Assembly: GCA_002245135.1 (NCBI GenBank)
Contig: NGBS01001160.1
Coordinates: forward strand, 372,001 to 436,000
DNA: 64,000 nt
Direction: 5' to 3'
Source of the DNA: Proteromonas lacertae
Taxonomy: Eukaryota
Program-made: the position numbers and the translations under genes
Shown here: one piece after another, positions 11,661 through 23,075 of the stretch
Position numbering within the stretch: the first letter of the stretch is position 1
Layout: each line of letters begins with the position of its first letter
The notes under the pieces: model-generated
The model's input: the letters and a program-made list of their open reading frames with translations, nothing else
The model's database searches: none
What the model was told of the DNA's origin: nothing

Positions 11661-12899
11661 ATGAATATTTTATTGATTTTTCTCATTCTCTCTAAATATA
11701 TATACTGTGAATATAGTTCAATTGATTTTCATGAAGACTTGGTAAAAGAATCTGGAAATTATTGGATTACTGCTAATAACATATGTATAACCAGAAAAGA
11801 AAGTGAAAATTGGGGAAGATTAATAATGTCAATAAAAGAAATGAATGATTTTACTTATATAATTGGGAAAATGCATAATTATTTATGGAAATTTCATTTT
11901 GATCCAAATTTTTTGATAGGCAATCCATCATATGAATATATAAATGAAGATATTTGGTTAATATCGTCTCATCATAATCATAATATAGCTCATTTTTTGG
12001 ATAATATGTTTTTATATAATATTCAAAATGATAATAAATATCCTCCAATGAATCATCTTATAATGGCTGATTTTAATCCACAATCTACAATTCCCTATAA
12101 TAATATGATGTTGAAAATGATGATAAATAATTATAATAAACCATTTAAGATATCATTTCAATCAGAAATATCTAAACTATTAAGAAAATCCAAAAATCAT
12201 TTATTATGTTATAAAACTGTTCATATTTATATTCGAAGTGAAAATGGTGGTTGGTTAGGAATATTTCGAAATTATCACAAAGGCAGACAATATCGTGATG
12301 AAGGATATAAATACATAAAAATAAAAAGAGAAAATATAAAAGAAAATGAAAATTTAATAACAATTGTTAATAGAATTATATATGGAAATAAAAGAAATAT
12401 AATCAATCTAGAGATGATAAAAGAAATGATAAAATCAATGAAATATAATTACAATGAAATATATTTCGAAAATAAAAGTCCTAAAGAACAAATTGAATCA
12501 ATAATGAAATCTAAAATAATAATAAGTCCACATGGATCTGGTTTAACGAACATGATATGGATTTTATCATCAAAATGTTTAATTATCGAATGTATGACAA
12601 CTTTTTTATCTTATGGATTTGAAAGACTATCATCATCATTAAATTATAATTATATTTTACTTCATTCTATGTTTAATAATATAAACCCTAATACATTTGA
12701 TGAAGGATATGATAAAAAATACAAATTTGAAAGTAAACCAACAATTTATGAATCTGTATATTCTGGATTATCATATCCAACACACAAAACAGGTGATAGT
12801 AATATGACAATGTCATTGAAGCAAATGAAATTTAGTTTAAATTATGGTTTAAACTATTTAAATGTTAAAGATGTAATTAATATTAACAAGGTTGTTTAA
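11661..12899 (+). CDS. GT61-like glycosyltransferase paralogue D, intronless
   Basis: Same motifs as B. N-terminus identical to A, core identical to B. Confidence 0.78.
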   Translation: MNILLIFLILSKYIYCEYSSIDFHEDLVKESGNYWITANNICITRKESENWGRLIMSIKEMNDFTYIIGKMHNYLWKFHFDPNFLIGNPSYEYINEDIWLISSHHNHNIAHFLDNMFLYNIQNDNKYPPMNHLIMADFNPQSTIPYNNMMLKMMINNYNKPFKISFQSEISKLLRKSKNHLLCYKTVHIYIRSENGGWLGIFRNYHKGRQYRDEGYKYIKIKRENIKENENLITIVNRIIYGNKRNIINLEMIKEMIKSMKYNYNEIYFENKSPKEQIESIMKSKIIISPHGSGLTNMIWILSSKCLIIECMTTFLSYGFERLSSSLNYNYILLHSMFNNINPNTFDEGYDKKYKFESKPTIYESVYSGLSYPTHKTGDSNMTMSLKQMKFSLNYGLNYLNVKDVININKVV

Positions 12900-13028
12900 A
12901 TCGGTCTGGTATAGAAAATAATGAAGATGTTATTTATTAATAATTATTCATTCAATTTATTGAATTATTCATTTTTAAAACATTCTGAAACGGATACAAT
13001 TTACTCAAATTTGGTATTTTTTGTTTTT

Positions 13029-13911
13029 ATGAATTGCTTTGTTTGTATTACTCTATTTATATTAGTACAAGCAACAGATGTGTGGATTCCAAATCCTGTT
13101 AATTATAGTTTTATAACAGAAGTAGAAGTTAAAGATAGAGGTTATGAAGAAGTAGAATTTCTAGTTAAACTTACCGACACTATTTATGAATATGATAAAG
13201 ATTCTCGAAATTACCCGATAATATTAGATGTAGGAGCAAATATAGGAAACTTTACATTAGGAGTTGCACCATTATATTCAAATGCCAAAATCTATTCATT
13301 TGAGCCATTCAAGTTAAGTTTAGATGTTCTTGTAGATAGAACTAGAGATTATGCAAATGTTGAAGTTGTAAATGAAGCTGTGAGTAATATAACCGTAATA
13401 AATCAACCATTTTATTCATTAACATATTGGGCAACTCCTAAGAATACAATATCGTTCTTATTAGATAAACAACCAGGATTTCGAGTTAGTGATTATGCCA
13501 ACCTAACCACCTTATCTGATTTTATGAATAGAAAAAGTATAAATAAATATGTTGTAATGAGATTTAGATATATCAAAGATATTTTTCATAAAAATAGACA
13601 CAGAAGGTTATGATGGAACAATATTGGAAAACAGTATGAATTTATTCTATGAACATAAAATCAAATATTTATATTTCGAATATGGTAGTATGTGGCCAGT
13701 AGTAAATCCAAATATAAATGTTTTTAGTATTGTAAATGAACTAAAATCAGCTGGATATAATCTTTATTACGAAAGTAAGAATCATTTCATTCCTTTATAT
13801 GATAAAGTATATTTTAATTATATGAACTATTGTAATATTCTTGCAATTTTAAGAGGTGAATCATTTGAAAGAAAAATGATGAATCGCTTATGTAAATTCT
13901 GTAAATATTAA
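13029..13911 (+). CDS. FkbM-family SAM-dependent methyltransferase with signal peptide
   Basis: ILDVGANIG, YSFEP, and IKIDTEGYD after removing a 31-nt intron at ~13547-13577; YFEY. Confidence 0.82.
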
Positions 13912-13951
13912 AGAATATACAAAATAATCATAGAAATATAACACGTTTATA

Positions 13952-16084
13952 TTAAAATAAATCAAATAAAGATTCTTGTTGTTGAACTGTGTTGTTTTTT
14001 TGTCTTCTTTTCGGTATTTGTCTTGAAATTACTGGAGGATGAATTAATTTAATTGGTAAATAATTCTTATAAACAGGAGGTAAAGCAGGAGCTTTATTAC
14101 CATAACAATAACCTCTTGTTAAGGGTTTATGATTTTGAAATAGATTTGGAAATATTTCTTTTCTTTGAATTGGATCATTTAAATTCAATGTTACTAAAGA
14201 TGGAGGATGATAATTTACTGAATCATCTACTGAACAAGCTGATTTATTTCGATTATTTTGTGATGATTTAAATGAAGATGATGATTCTAACGGTGGAGGA
14301 GTCATTGATGTAGAACGAGGAACAATAATTGGTGATGTTGGTATTTCTGAATAGTTATGAATTGCATCAATAAATCCATGACCCATTTGCTTATAATGTC
14401 TATTTAAATATATATTATTATATACTCAATATTATAATGACAATTATTTAATATTCCAAAATCACTTCCACAACATGAAGCTTCCATTGTAAAACATAAA
14501 CTGATTGAAAACTCTGTTGCTATGGCTATTCTACCTGTTCCTTCTCGAGATTTCTGAACCTGGAAACTATTTGTTCATATTATATATTAATAAAGATTAT
14601 ACTTGGAAGATTGAACAGAAAAATAATTCTTTGCACATGTATTTCTTAAATGATTACAGAATGTTAAAATATTATTCATATTGTCTTGAGGAACTTTAGG
14701 TGGTAAAGGAAGTTGACTATTATTCCAATCACAACCATATCTAAATACATAATAAAACACAAAAATAATAAATACAAAAATATATTTTTGTTTCTGGAAT
14801 GACCATGTATATCACAAAACAGAAATATTTTATCATTTCCTTGTCTTTTGATATATTTTATCATCTCTTTTGTATAATAGATACTCGAATGTCGAAATGG
14901 ATTAGGACTTGACCATTGCCTATTTAAATCAACTCCTTCCCATGATGTTCTAGTATTACCATAAGCAACACCATCAGGATTTAACATTGGAACAATTTTA
15001 AATACATATTTATTACGAAGAGCAGCTGGAACTGGTCGGTTACTTGTTAAATAGTCTAATATACCTTGCATAACCCAAGATCCTGGTGTTTCTCCTGGAT
15101 GAACCCTTCCAGTCAATATTATACATGGTAATGTCTTTATATATTCTCGATTATTCTTATAATTTGTTATTGTTAAAACTGGACAGATTCTTTTTCCAGA
15201 TGTTTTACATAATGCATTAATTCGACATATATCATTGGAATAGGGTAAATCATAGATTATTTGAAGACTATATACTAAATCAGAATATGTGTATGGATAT
15301 GAATAAGCAACTCGATATTTACAACTTTTATGAGGAAATTCAAGTATAAATGAAAGTGTATAGTAATAATCAGATGGAGCACCCCTACAAGGTTTGATAA
15401 AATTATTTCGAAAATAATTGAAATTAGTTCCATTTCTTTGCCACATGTGATTTCCTAAATCTGCACAATGAAAACAATAGATTAAAGGTTTCATTCCTTT
15501 TGTGAATAAACTGGATGGTTTTTGACAATTGACTATATTGAATTTATATCGATAAGGTGGAGCAGCTGATGTTCGTGGTAGTGTTACATCAAAACAAAAC
15601 CATTGACCACCTGTTGTACTGTGAGAATCATTTCGTAATATTAAGTCATATTCATTTGGAGCTATCATTACTGCTCTTTGTAAATTACCACTTTCAAATA
15701 ATGAGTTAAATTGTAATGATGGCTATTTATATCATAATAATAATGTAAATACAATTGGTGGAGGAACATCAGAATCTATTATTGAATCATATGGCATATC
15801 TATTGGATTAAAAGCAGTTCCTAATATCAATATAATTGCTATTTTATACCATCATAATTTATTGGTCTGTTTTCATATACTAAAAATCTAGCAGAATATC
15901 TTTTTGTTACTGGTGTATGTGGATCTAATGATAAAACAGCAGGTTCTAGTGTTGTTGGAGAACGATATAAAATGTTGTCAGAGGTTAATAAGTCATTTAC
16001 TGAATCGAATGGATATACTCTTGGTGGGAAATAAGAATAAACCTGGTCTATTTCTGCTAAATTAATCTCTGGATCGTCGTTCAT
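13952..16084 (-). CDS. Cytosolic carboxypeptidase (M14D, CCP/AGBL tubulin deglutamylase family)
   Basis: FNSLFESGNL, QWFCF, YPYTYSDL, GRVHPGET, PMLNPDGV, DLNRQW, DIHGHS, FTMEAS. Five introns; alternative start at 16120. Confidence 0.9.
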
Positions 16085-16191
16085 AACAAAACGATTTTTT
16101 TTTAATAATGAAACGATCATATTTTTTATTTGTGTATTTCTTTTAAAAGAACATCAATACAACAACTAAAAACATAATAAAATATAGTAAT

Positions 16192-17727
16192 TTAAAACTC
16201 CATATTAAATCTAGCTTGGAACTTTTGAGTAATATCATTCTTGAAACTCCTATAAAGAAAATATAATTATAAAAACAATATATTCATACTTGATATATGG
16301 TATATAATTCAACTCAACACTACCAACAAATGGTAAAACAATATCAGTTCCAACGCCAGCACAATATCTCATATTACTAAATATAGAAGATGAGAAAGTT
16401 GATCTTTCTCCAGACTTTCTCAATACTACATCACCAGCTTGAACAAAGAATTTAACTCTAGATCCAATCTCACAAAGTGTTTTATTAGGATATGGTAAAT
16501 ATAAACCCAAATGTAATAAACTGAATAAATTACCTCCTAAATAATCACCATGTTCTTGATTTGCTGGATTTTTCAGATCTTGGGCCTAATCCACAATAAC
16601 TAAAACCTTTCATATAAGCAATTTGAATGGAATAAATCGATAAATGGAACAGTGTCTACTTTAGGATCAAAATTTGATATATAACCACCTGATAATCCAA
16701 TATTAAAGGCAATTCCTGGAAATGAATCTTGAGTTGGTATAATTGGAATGTATTTCACGATATTTCCTATTTGTTTGTAGTATCTACAATGTCCTCCAAA
16801 TCCTGCTAATTCCTATACATTATATATATATATATATAAATATATATATACTGAATAACAGTTGAATAAATAACCTTGTGAAGGAGCATCTTTACTATCT
16901 CTTTCATCTTTTGTATAATAATATGAAATTGAATTTTTAACTGTTGATTTTACATTCTTCATCATTCTAAATAAACATAATAAATAAATAAGTATAAAAC
17001 ATATATATACTCTTTAGATATATTATATTTAAAATCTATATTATCTTGATTAGGTAATGGTTCTACATCTCTAATTGCAGTTATTAACGATATTTGATGG
17101 TTGTTATTAGCACTTTTATATGTCAAGTTGGCTTGATTGGATGAAAGATTTACTGAACTTTCTTCAGTGAAATCATACTTTCTCTTTGTAATTGCAAATA
17201 ATAAACTTCCTGGTATTGGTAAATATGGAAATTTAAACTCTACTGAAGCAAATGGATTTTTGAATGAATAATCTACTCCTTTTTTCACTGTTACTTTTTC
17301 AGCAAATCCAAGTGGATTAACTGCTGATATACCAATGATTCCTCCAATGGAATGATATGAAGAATTATCAATTTCTAAACTGCTACCAATTAATGGTTTT
17401 TCTTCAGCTTTTATTTTAAGAATAAAACCATTCTTCGTTTCTTTGTCTATATCAAGCAGAATATGCACATCATTAAATATTCCTAACTTCATCAACTTCT
17501 TTTGTATCTCATTTGTTTGTTCTGCATAATTATACAAATAGTCTTCACTTGTTATATTCTATAAATCAATACATAAATAATACAGATAATAAGCTTTTAA
17601 AAATGGCTTTTCTACGAAATAAATAATGCTAAAGATACCTTGTCCTAGCTACTCCATCTAATGAAAAGCCCATGTATTGCAACTTGCTTGTTCCAATTGT
17701 GTCCATCAAATCTTGTTCATCATCCAT
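16192..17727 (-). CDS. SAM50: Sam50/Omp85 mitochondrial outer-membrane assembly protein
   Basis: POTRA-like N-terminus; NPLGFAEK; MKGFSYCGLGPR; GDYLGG; ELNY; C-terminal beta-signal FQARFNMEF. Two +1 frameshifts at ~16617 and ~16574. Confidence 0.75.
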
Positions 17728-17785
17728 TATTTTTCAAAAATTAAAAAAAGGCTTGATCAATCAAATATTATTTTAGAAATTCATC

Positions 17786-18717
17786 ATGTCTCTCCGTCGA
17801 AATATACGTCTTCGAAAAGAATATTTATACAGAAAGTCATTAGAAGGCAAAGAAAAAGAACGTTATGAAAAGAAACAGATAGTTCGAGAAGCTTTGCAAG
17901 GTATTGATTTATATATGAGTTGATTTATATAGGTGAAAGGGTTTTACCAACAGAATTAAGACCAGAGGCAGAAAATTTGAAGAAAGAAATAGATCTTGAA
18001 GATGATACAACAGCTATACCAACAGTATATCCATATATAATGATGTTTTAGAGTTTATCAATTGATGATGAATATAGCAGAGCAGCTATTGAAGATCCAA
18101 AGGTATGTATTTTAACTTCACACAACCCAAGCCAAAGATTAAAGCAATTTGCAAAAGAAATCAAAATCATTATCCCAAATTCACAGATAGTAAACCGTGG
18201 TTCTTATCAACTGAGTGAATTAGTCGAATCTTGTCGTAAAAATGGATTTACTGATATGGTATTCCTTAGAGAAACATTAGGTGATCCATCTGCATTAATT
18301 GTAAGTCATTTACCTTATGGACCAACTTGTTTTTTCACAATTTGTAATACAGTTATGAGACATGATATTGAAGGTGCAACTAATGCATCTGAAGCTTATC
18401 CACATCTCCTATTCCATAATTTAAATTCAAAACTTGGTGAAAGAATAACAACCATCTTAAAGCATCTATTTCCTGTACCTAAATCAGAATCTAAAAGAGT
18501 TATAACATTTGCATCAAATATGGATTATATTTCATTTAGACATCATGTATATCAGAAAGTAACACATAAAGATGTTGAATTAACTGAAGTTGGACCGAGA
18601 TTTGAAATGAAACCTTACCAAATAAGATTAGGATCTATTGAGATGAAAGAAGCCGAGAATGAGTGGGTGTACAGGCCATATATGAATAGTTCAAAGAAGA
18701 GAAGAATTTTGGAGTAG
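17786..18717 (+). CDS. IMP4: U3 snoRNP protein Imp4 (Brix domain)
   Basis: MSLRRNIRLRKEYLYRKS; SHLPYGPT; DYISFRHH; ELTEVGPRFEM. Confidence 0.95.
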
Positions 18718-18850
18718 ATTATTATCATTTTTGTTGTTTTTCTATTTTTTCTTGATTGTAACGAATATTTAATATTATTTTCTGTTATATATATTATTTT
18801 TAATTTAGATTTAGCAAAAATAAAACATAATTCACTACATACATTAATAA

Positions 18851-21800
18851 TTATGTACTGACATAAAAATTATCATTAATAACATAGTCCTCAATAATCA
18901 TTGTAGCTGGTTGTTCCATTATATTCCTAATCATTTTCTTATATTCACTTAATTCCAATTTCATTGATTTAATACCTTCTCTATATTCTTCTACACTGTA
19001 TTTAACATCAGTTAGTAATGGATCTTGTGATTCAAACTCCAAATTATCAATTCTCTCTTTGAATTTCAAATAATCAGAATAGATGGTTGTACATTCACAA
19101 CAAAATTCAGTAATTTTATTCTCTATCATTGTAAGACTATCTAATAGCAAAATTGATTTATTGTGAATCATTTCATCATTTGGATTTTCAATATCATTTG
19201 GTGTTTCAGGTATAAAATACTCACTTGGTGATGATACAGTATTATTACTGCTGTTATTACTGTTTTCTTTATTACTATTCTCTTCTTTATTATATTTCAA
19301 AAAGGTTAAATTAGCAGTTAATGGTTGTTTATTATTTGATTGTTGTTGTGTTTGTTGTGGTTTTGGTTTAGGATCAGCAAATGGATTATCACTTTCATCA
19401 TCTTCCTCTTCTTCTTCGAATGGATTTTTTGGAGTGTCTTCTTCTTCTTCATCATCATCACCAAAAGGATTTTTTCCTCCTTCATCATCGTCATCATCAT
19501 CATCATCTCCAAACGGATTTTTACTTGAATCTTCTTCTTCTTCTTCATTAAAACTATCACTAAATGGATTTGGAGGAGTTTTCTTATTATCATCTTCATC
19601 AAATGGATTTAATGGTTTTTTAACTGATTTACTATTAACATTTGGTTTTATTACCTTTATATTTTGATTCTTTGATCCTTTTATTGTGAAGTTATTAACA
19701 TATACTTCTATTTGTTTCACTCCATCATCAGCCTTATTGAAAAATGCAATAATATCTTTCTGTAGAGATTGATAATCATTTTTCATTTGAATCATATTCA
19801 TTATAGTATTCTCAGCTTTATGATATTTCTCCTTTAATTCATTATGATCATTATTCAAATCAGTATATTTATCATTCAACAGATTATGTTCATTTTGGAT
19901 TGTTTGATATTCATCTATTTTAATTGTATATTTTGTCTCTATTTCAGATATCTGTTCAAGTAATTCTCCAATCTTATTTAAATCATCATCATGATTATTT
20001 GTAAGTTCATTTATTGATTCTAAATGATTTTTCTTTTCTTCTTCTAATACCTCAATATCATGATTCTTATTGGATATCTCTTTTTCTTGAGTTTTAACTG
20101 TCTTTTGTGATTCTTCATAGTCATTTTGTAATGTATTATATTTGTTTGTTAATTCTTCATATCTTTCATTTAATGAAGTCAATCTGTTATTTACTCTTTC
20201 ATAGTTTAATTCATAAGATAATTCTTTTTGTTTGTATGTATTTATCTCAATTGTTAATTCATTCTTTTCTTTTTCTATAGATGATAATTTTTCTTTAACA
20301 TTTTGTTTGTTTTCTTCTGTTTTTTTAACTATTTCTTTATTTTTCTCTATTTCAGATTGCATTTTTTCAATTGATTCTTTTGATTCTTTCAATTCTATTT
20401 CTACTTTCTCTTTATTTGACTTTTCTACTTCATATTTCTCTTTTATTTCATTAATTTCATTCTCTTTCTCTTTTATTTCTAATTTTAAGTTTTCTTCTTC
20501 ATTTTCTAATTCACTTATTCTTACATTCAAACTATCCAGTTTATCCAATAGAGTTTTCTCACTGGATGACAATGATGTAGTATGTAATGATAATTGATCA
20601 AACTTGGCTTGAATCTTATCTTTTTCTTCCTTAATTTTCTCTTTTTCTACTGTTAAATTAGTCATATCTGAAGATAACTTATCAAATGAAGATTGTAATA
20701 CTTCATTATGCTGTAATAGATTCTTATTTTCTTCAATTATCTTATCATATTCTTCCTTTTGTTTGTTATAATTCATTTCTATATCACTATATTGATTCTT
20801 TGATTCTTCCAATTGAAGTGTAAAACTATTCGTTTCACTTTCATATTTACTTTTCAATTCATTATGTTCTTTTTCTAATGACTTTAATGAATTATCAGTC
20901 TGATTAAATTGCACTTGTAATTTATCATATTCTACTTTATTTTCTTGAATAATACCATCTTTTTCTAATAAATCACCATCTTTCTTTTCTATTTTATCTT
21001 TCAAATCATCAATCTCAAATTGTAACTTTAATTCAACATCTGTTGCAGTATTTGACCTTGATAATAGTGTATTGTATTCACTCACCATTTGTTTATGATC
21101 TTTTTCTAATTGCGTATGTTCAGTCATTAATGTCACATATTTAGTGGATAAATCTTCAAACATTGTTTCCAGTGTAGAATGTTTTGATATTATATCTAAA
21201 TATTTGGAATTTAACTCTATCATTTCATTTTCTTTCTTTTCTAAGTTTGTTTTATAAACATTCAATTCTTCAATCATTTTATTCAAATTTTCTATTTCTT
21301 TTTCTTTTGTTTCTATATCTTTCTTATCATTATCTATTATTTCATTCTTTTCGTTTAATTCTTTCTTTAACTTATCAATTTCACCTGTTAAAGATTCTTT
21401 TTCATTTAAATACATAAAATTAAAATCATCCAATTCTTTATGGAGAGATTTCATTTCTTGATTCATATCTTCTAACTTTGTATTTTTGTCTTTTAATATT
21501 CTTTCATTATCTTCTTTATATTGATTGTATGTATCTGATAATTGATTATATTGTTGTTGCAATGTTGATGTATTATTTTTTATTGAAATAGAAGCATCTA
21601 AATCTAACTTCATCTTCTCATTATTTGACTTCAATTCTTTCATTTGATTCTCTAACTCTTTAATCTGTTGTTCTAGTGATTCTTTTTCATCTTCTAAAGA
21701 TTTATTCTTACTGTTCAATTCATCAATTGTTGAATGTAAATTCTTATTCTCTTCACTAACTGAATTGATCTTTTCATTTCCACCTTTCATCTCTTCTGTT

Positions 21801-22819
21801 AATTTATTGTTCTCTTCTTTCATTCTTTTAATCTCTTCTTCTTTTTCTTTACATTTCTCACTTTCTTCATTATATTTTACTTTCAATTCATCCAATTCTT
21901 TACTCTTTTCCAATAATTCATTCTTCTCATTTTCTAATGATTTTATTTTATCATTCAATTCAAATATGTTTGACTGTAACGTTTGATTCTCTGTTATTAT
22001 CAATGTTGCTTTATCTCCAGAACTATTCATTTGTTCCATTAAACTATCATTCTTCTGTTTCAATGATTCAACTTCTTCTTTTAATGATTCACTTTGTTTT
22101 TGTAATTCTTTAGAATGTTCTATTTCTTGACTATTCTTTTCATTCAGTTCATCTATTGTTGACTGTAACTTTTGATTTTCTGATTTCATAGATTCAGTAT
22201 TTCCATTTGAATTATCTATTTGTAATGATAATTCATTATTCTTTTGTTTAAGTGATTCTATTTCTTCTTTTAGTGATTTTGATTCATTTTCTATTTCCTG
22301 GTATCGTTTGTTTTCTTCTGAATACTTCAATTTCAGTGATTGGAATTCTTTACCTATACCTTCAGAGAATTCATCAACTGATTTCTGAAGATCATCATTC
22401 TGTTCTTTTAATATTCTATTTTCATCAGTCATTACTTCTAATTCTGACTTTAATTGGTTTATTTGAGCTGTATCAGTTTCTAGACTAACTTGTTCTGATT
22501 TGTTGTTATAACTTTTATTTGAGTCTATTTCTTTTGTAGTTATAGTGTATTGCTGTTGCAATGCACTGTACAATTCTTTGTAACTATCTAATTCCTGATT
22601 TTTCATAAAAAGATCTTCCTTTATGTCATCTATTTGTTGATGTAGATTTTCTTTTTCTGCATTAGCTTGGATCAATTGTTGTGAAATTGATTCAAATGCT
22701 TCTGACATTGCATCTGGATCTATAGGTAGTGGGACAAAAGATCCACTAGTTTCCCTTCTACCAGGAGTAGTGGGTGTAGGTGGCCCACCTTTTTTGTCCT
22801 TTTTCTTCCCAAAAGGCAT
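18851..22819 (-). CDS. Long coiled-coil protein with six NPF-acidic motifs
   Basis: About 1000 aa of E/K/N-rich heptads; NPFDEDD, NPFSDS, NPFGDDD (twice), NPFEEEE, NPFAD. Confidence 0.8.
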   Translation of the reverse strand: MPFGKKKDKKGGPPTPTTPGRRETSGSFVPLPIDPDAMSEAFESISQQLIQANAEKENLHQQIDDIKEDLFMKNQELDSYKELYSALQQQYTITTKEIDSNKSYNNKSEQVSLETDTAQINQLKSELEVMTDENRILKEQNDDLQKSVDEFSEGIGKEFQSLKLKYSEENKRYQEIENESKSLKEEIESLKQKNNELSLQIDNSNGNTESMKSENQKLQSTIDELNEKNSQEIEHSKELQKQSESLKEEVESLKQKNDSLMEQMNSSGDKATLIITENQTLQSNIFELNDKIKSLENEKNELLEKSKELDELKVKYNEESEKCKEKEEEIKRMKEENNKLTEEMKGGNEKINSVSEENKNLHSTIDELNSKNKSLEDEKESLEQQIKELENQMKELKSNNEKMKLDLDASISIKNNTSTLQQQYNQLSDTYNQYKEDNERILKDKNTKLEDMNQEMKSLHKELDDFNFMYLNEKESLTGEIDKLKKELNEKNEIIDNDKKDIETKEKEIENLNKMIEELNVYKTNLEKKENEMIELNSKYLDIISKHSTLETMFEDLSTKYVTLMTEHTQLEKDHKQMVSEYNTLLSRSNTATDVELKLQFEIDDLKDKIEKKDGDLLEKDGIIQENKVEYDKLQVQFNQTDNSLKSLEKEHNELKSKYESETNSFTLQLEESKNQYSDIEMNYNKQKEEYDKIIEENKNLLQHNEVLQSSFDKLSSDMTNLTVEKEKIKEEKDKIQAKFDQLSLHTTSLSSSEKTLLDKLDSLNVRISELENEEENLKLEIKEKENEINEIKEKYEVEKSNKEKVEIELKESKESIEKMQSEIEKNKEIVKKTEENKQNVKEKLSSIEKEKNELTIEINTYKQKELSYELNYERVNNRLTSLNERYEELTNKYNTLQNDYEESQKTVKTQEKEISNKNHDIEVLEEEKKNHLESINELTNNHDDDLNKIGELLEQISEIETKYTIKIDEYQTIQNEHNLLNDKYTDLNNDHNELKEKYHKAENTIMNMIQMKNDYQSLQKDIIAFFNKADDGVKQIEVYVNNFTIKGSKNQNIKVIKPNVNSKSVKKPLNPFDEDDNKKTPPNPFSDSFNEEEEEDSSKNPFGDDDDDDDDEGGKNPFGDDDEEEEDTPKNPFEEEEEDDESDNPFADPKPKPQQTQQQSNNKQPLTANLTFLKYNKEENSNKENSNNSSNNTVSSPSEYFIPETPNDIENPNDEMIHNKSILLLDSLTMIENKITEFCCECTTIYSDYLKFKERIDNLEFESQDPLLTDVKYSVEEYREGIKSMKLELSEYKKMIRNIMEQPATMIIEDYVINDNFYVST

Positions 22820-23075
22820 TTTCAAAATTCTATCTTTCAAATTTTTGGCTTGGCTTGATAGTTTTTCAAATCTTCTTTTTTCTCATTCTATGAAACTATT
22901 GAGAGAAAAATATCATCGAATGCACTTCTTAGTTGCAATCATCTATAGGATTTAATAGAATTTATCTCATTTAGATTCTCTTTTATAAAACATAACTGTC
23001 ACTAAAACGGCTCTATTTATAGAATTTAATTCATTTTATTCGAATTTTCTTGTCTAATAAAATTTATATCCTAGA

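Noticed and set aside
8712..11786. Inverted repeats as transposon terminal repeats
   Set aside because: The repeats consist of glycosyltransferase gene and promoter sequence; no transposase or target-site duplication is seen.
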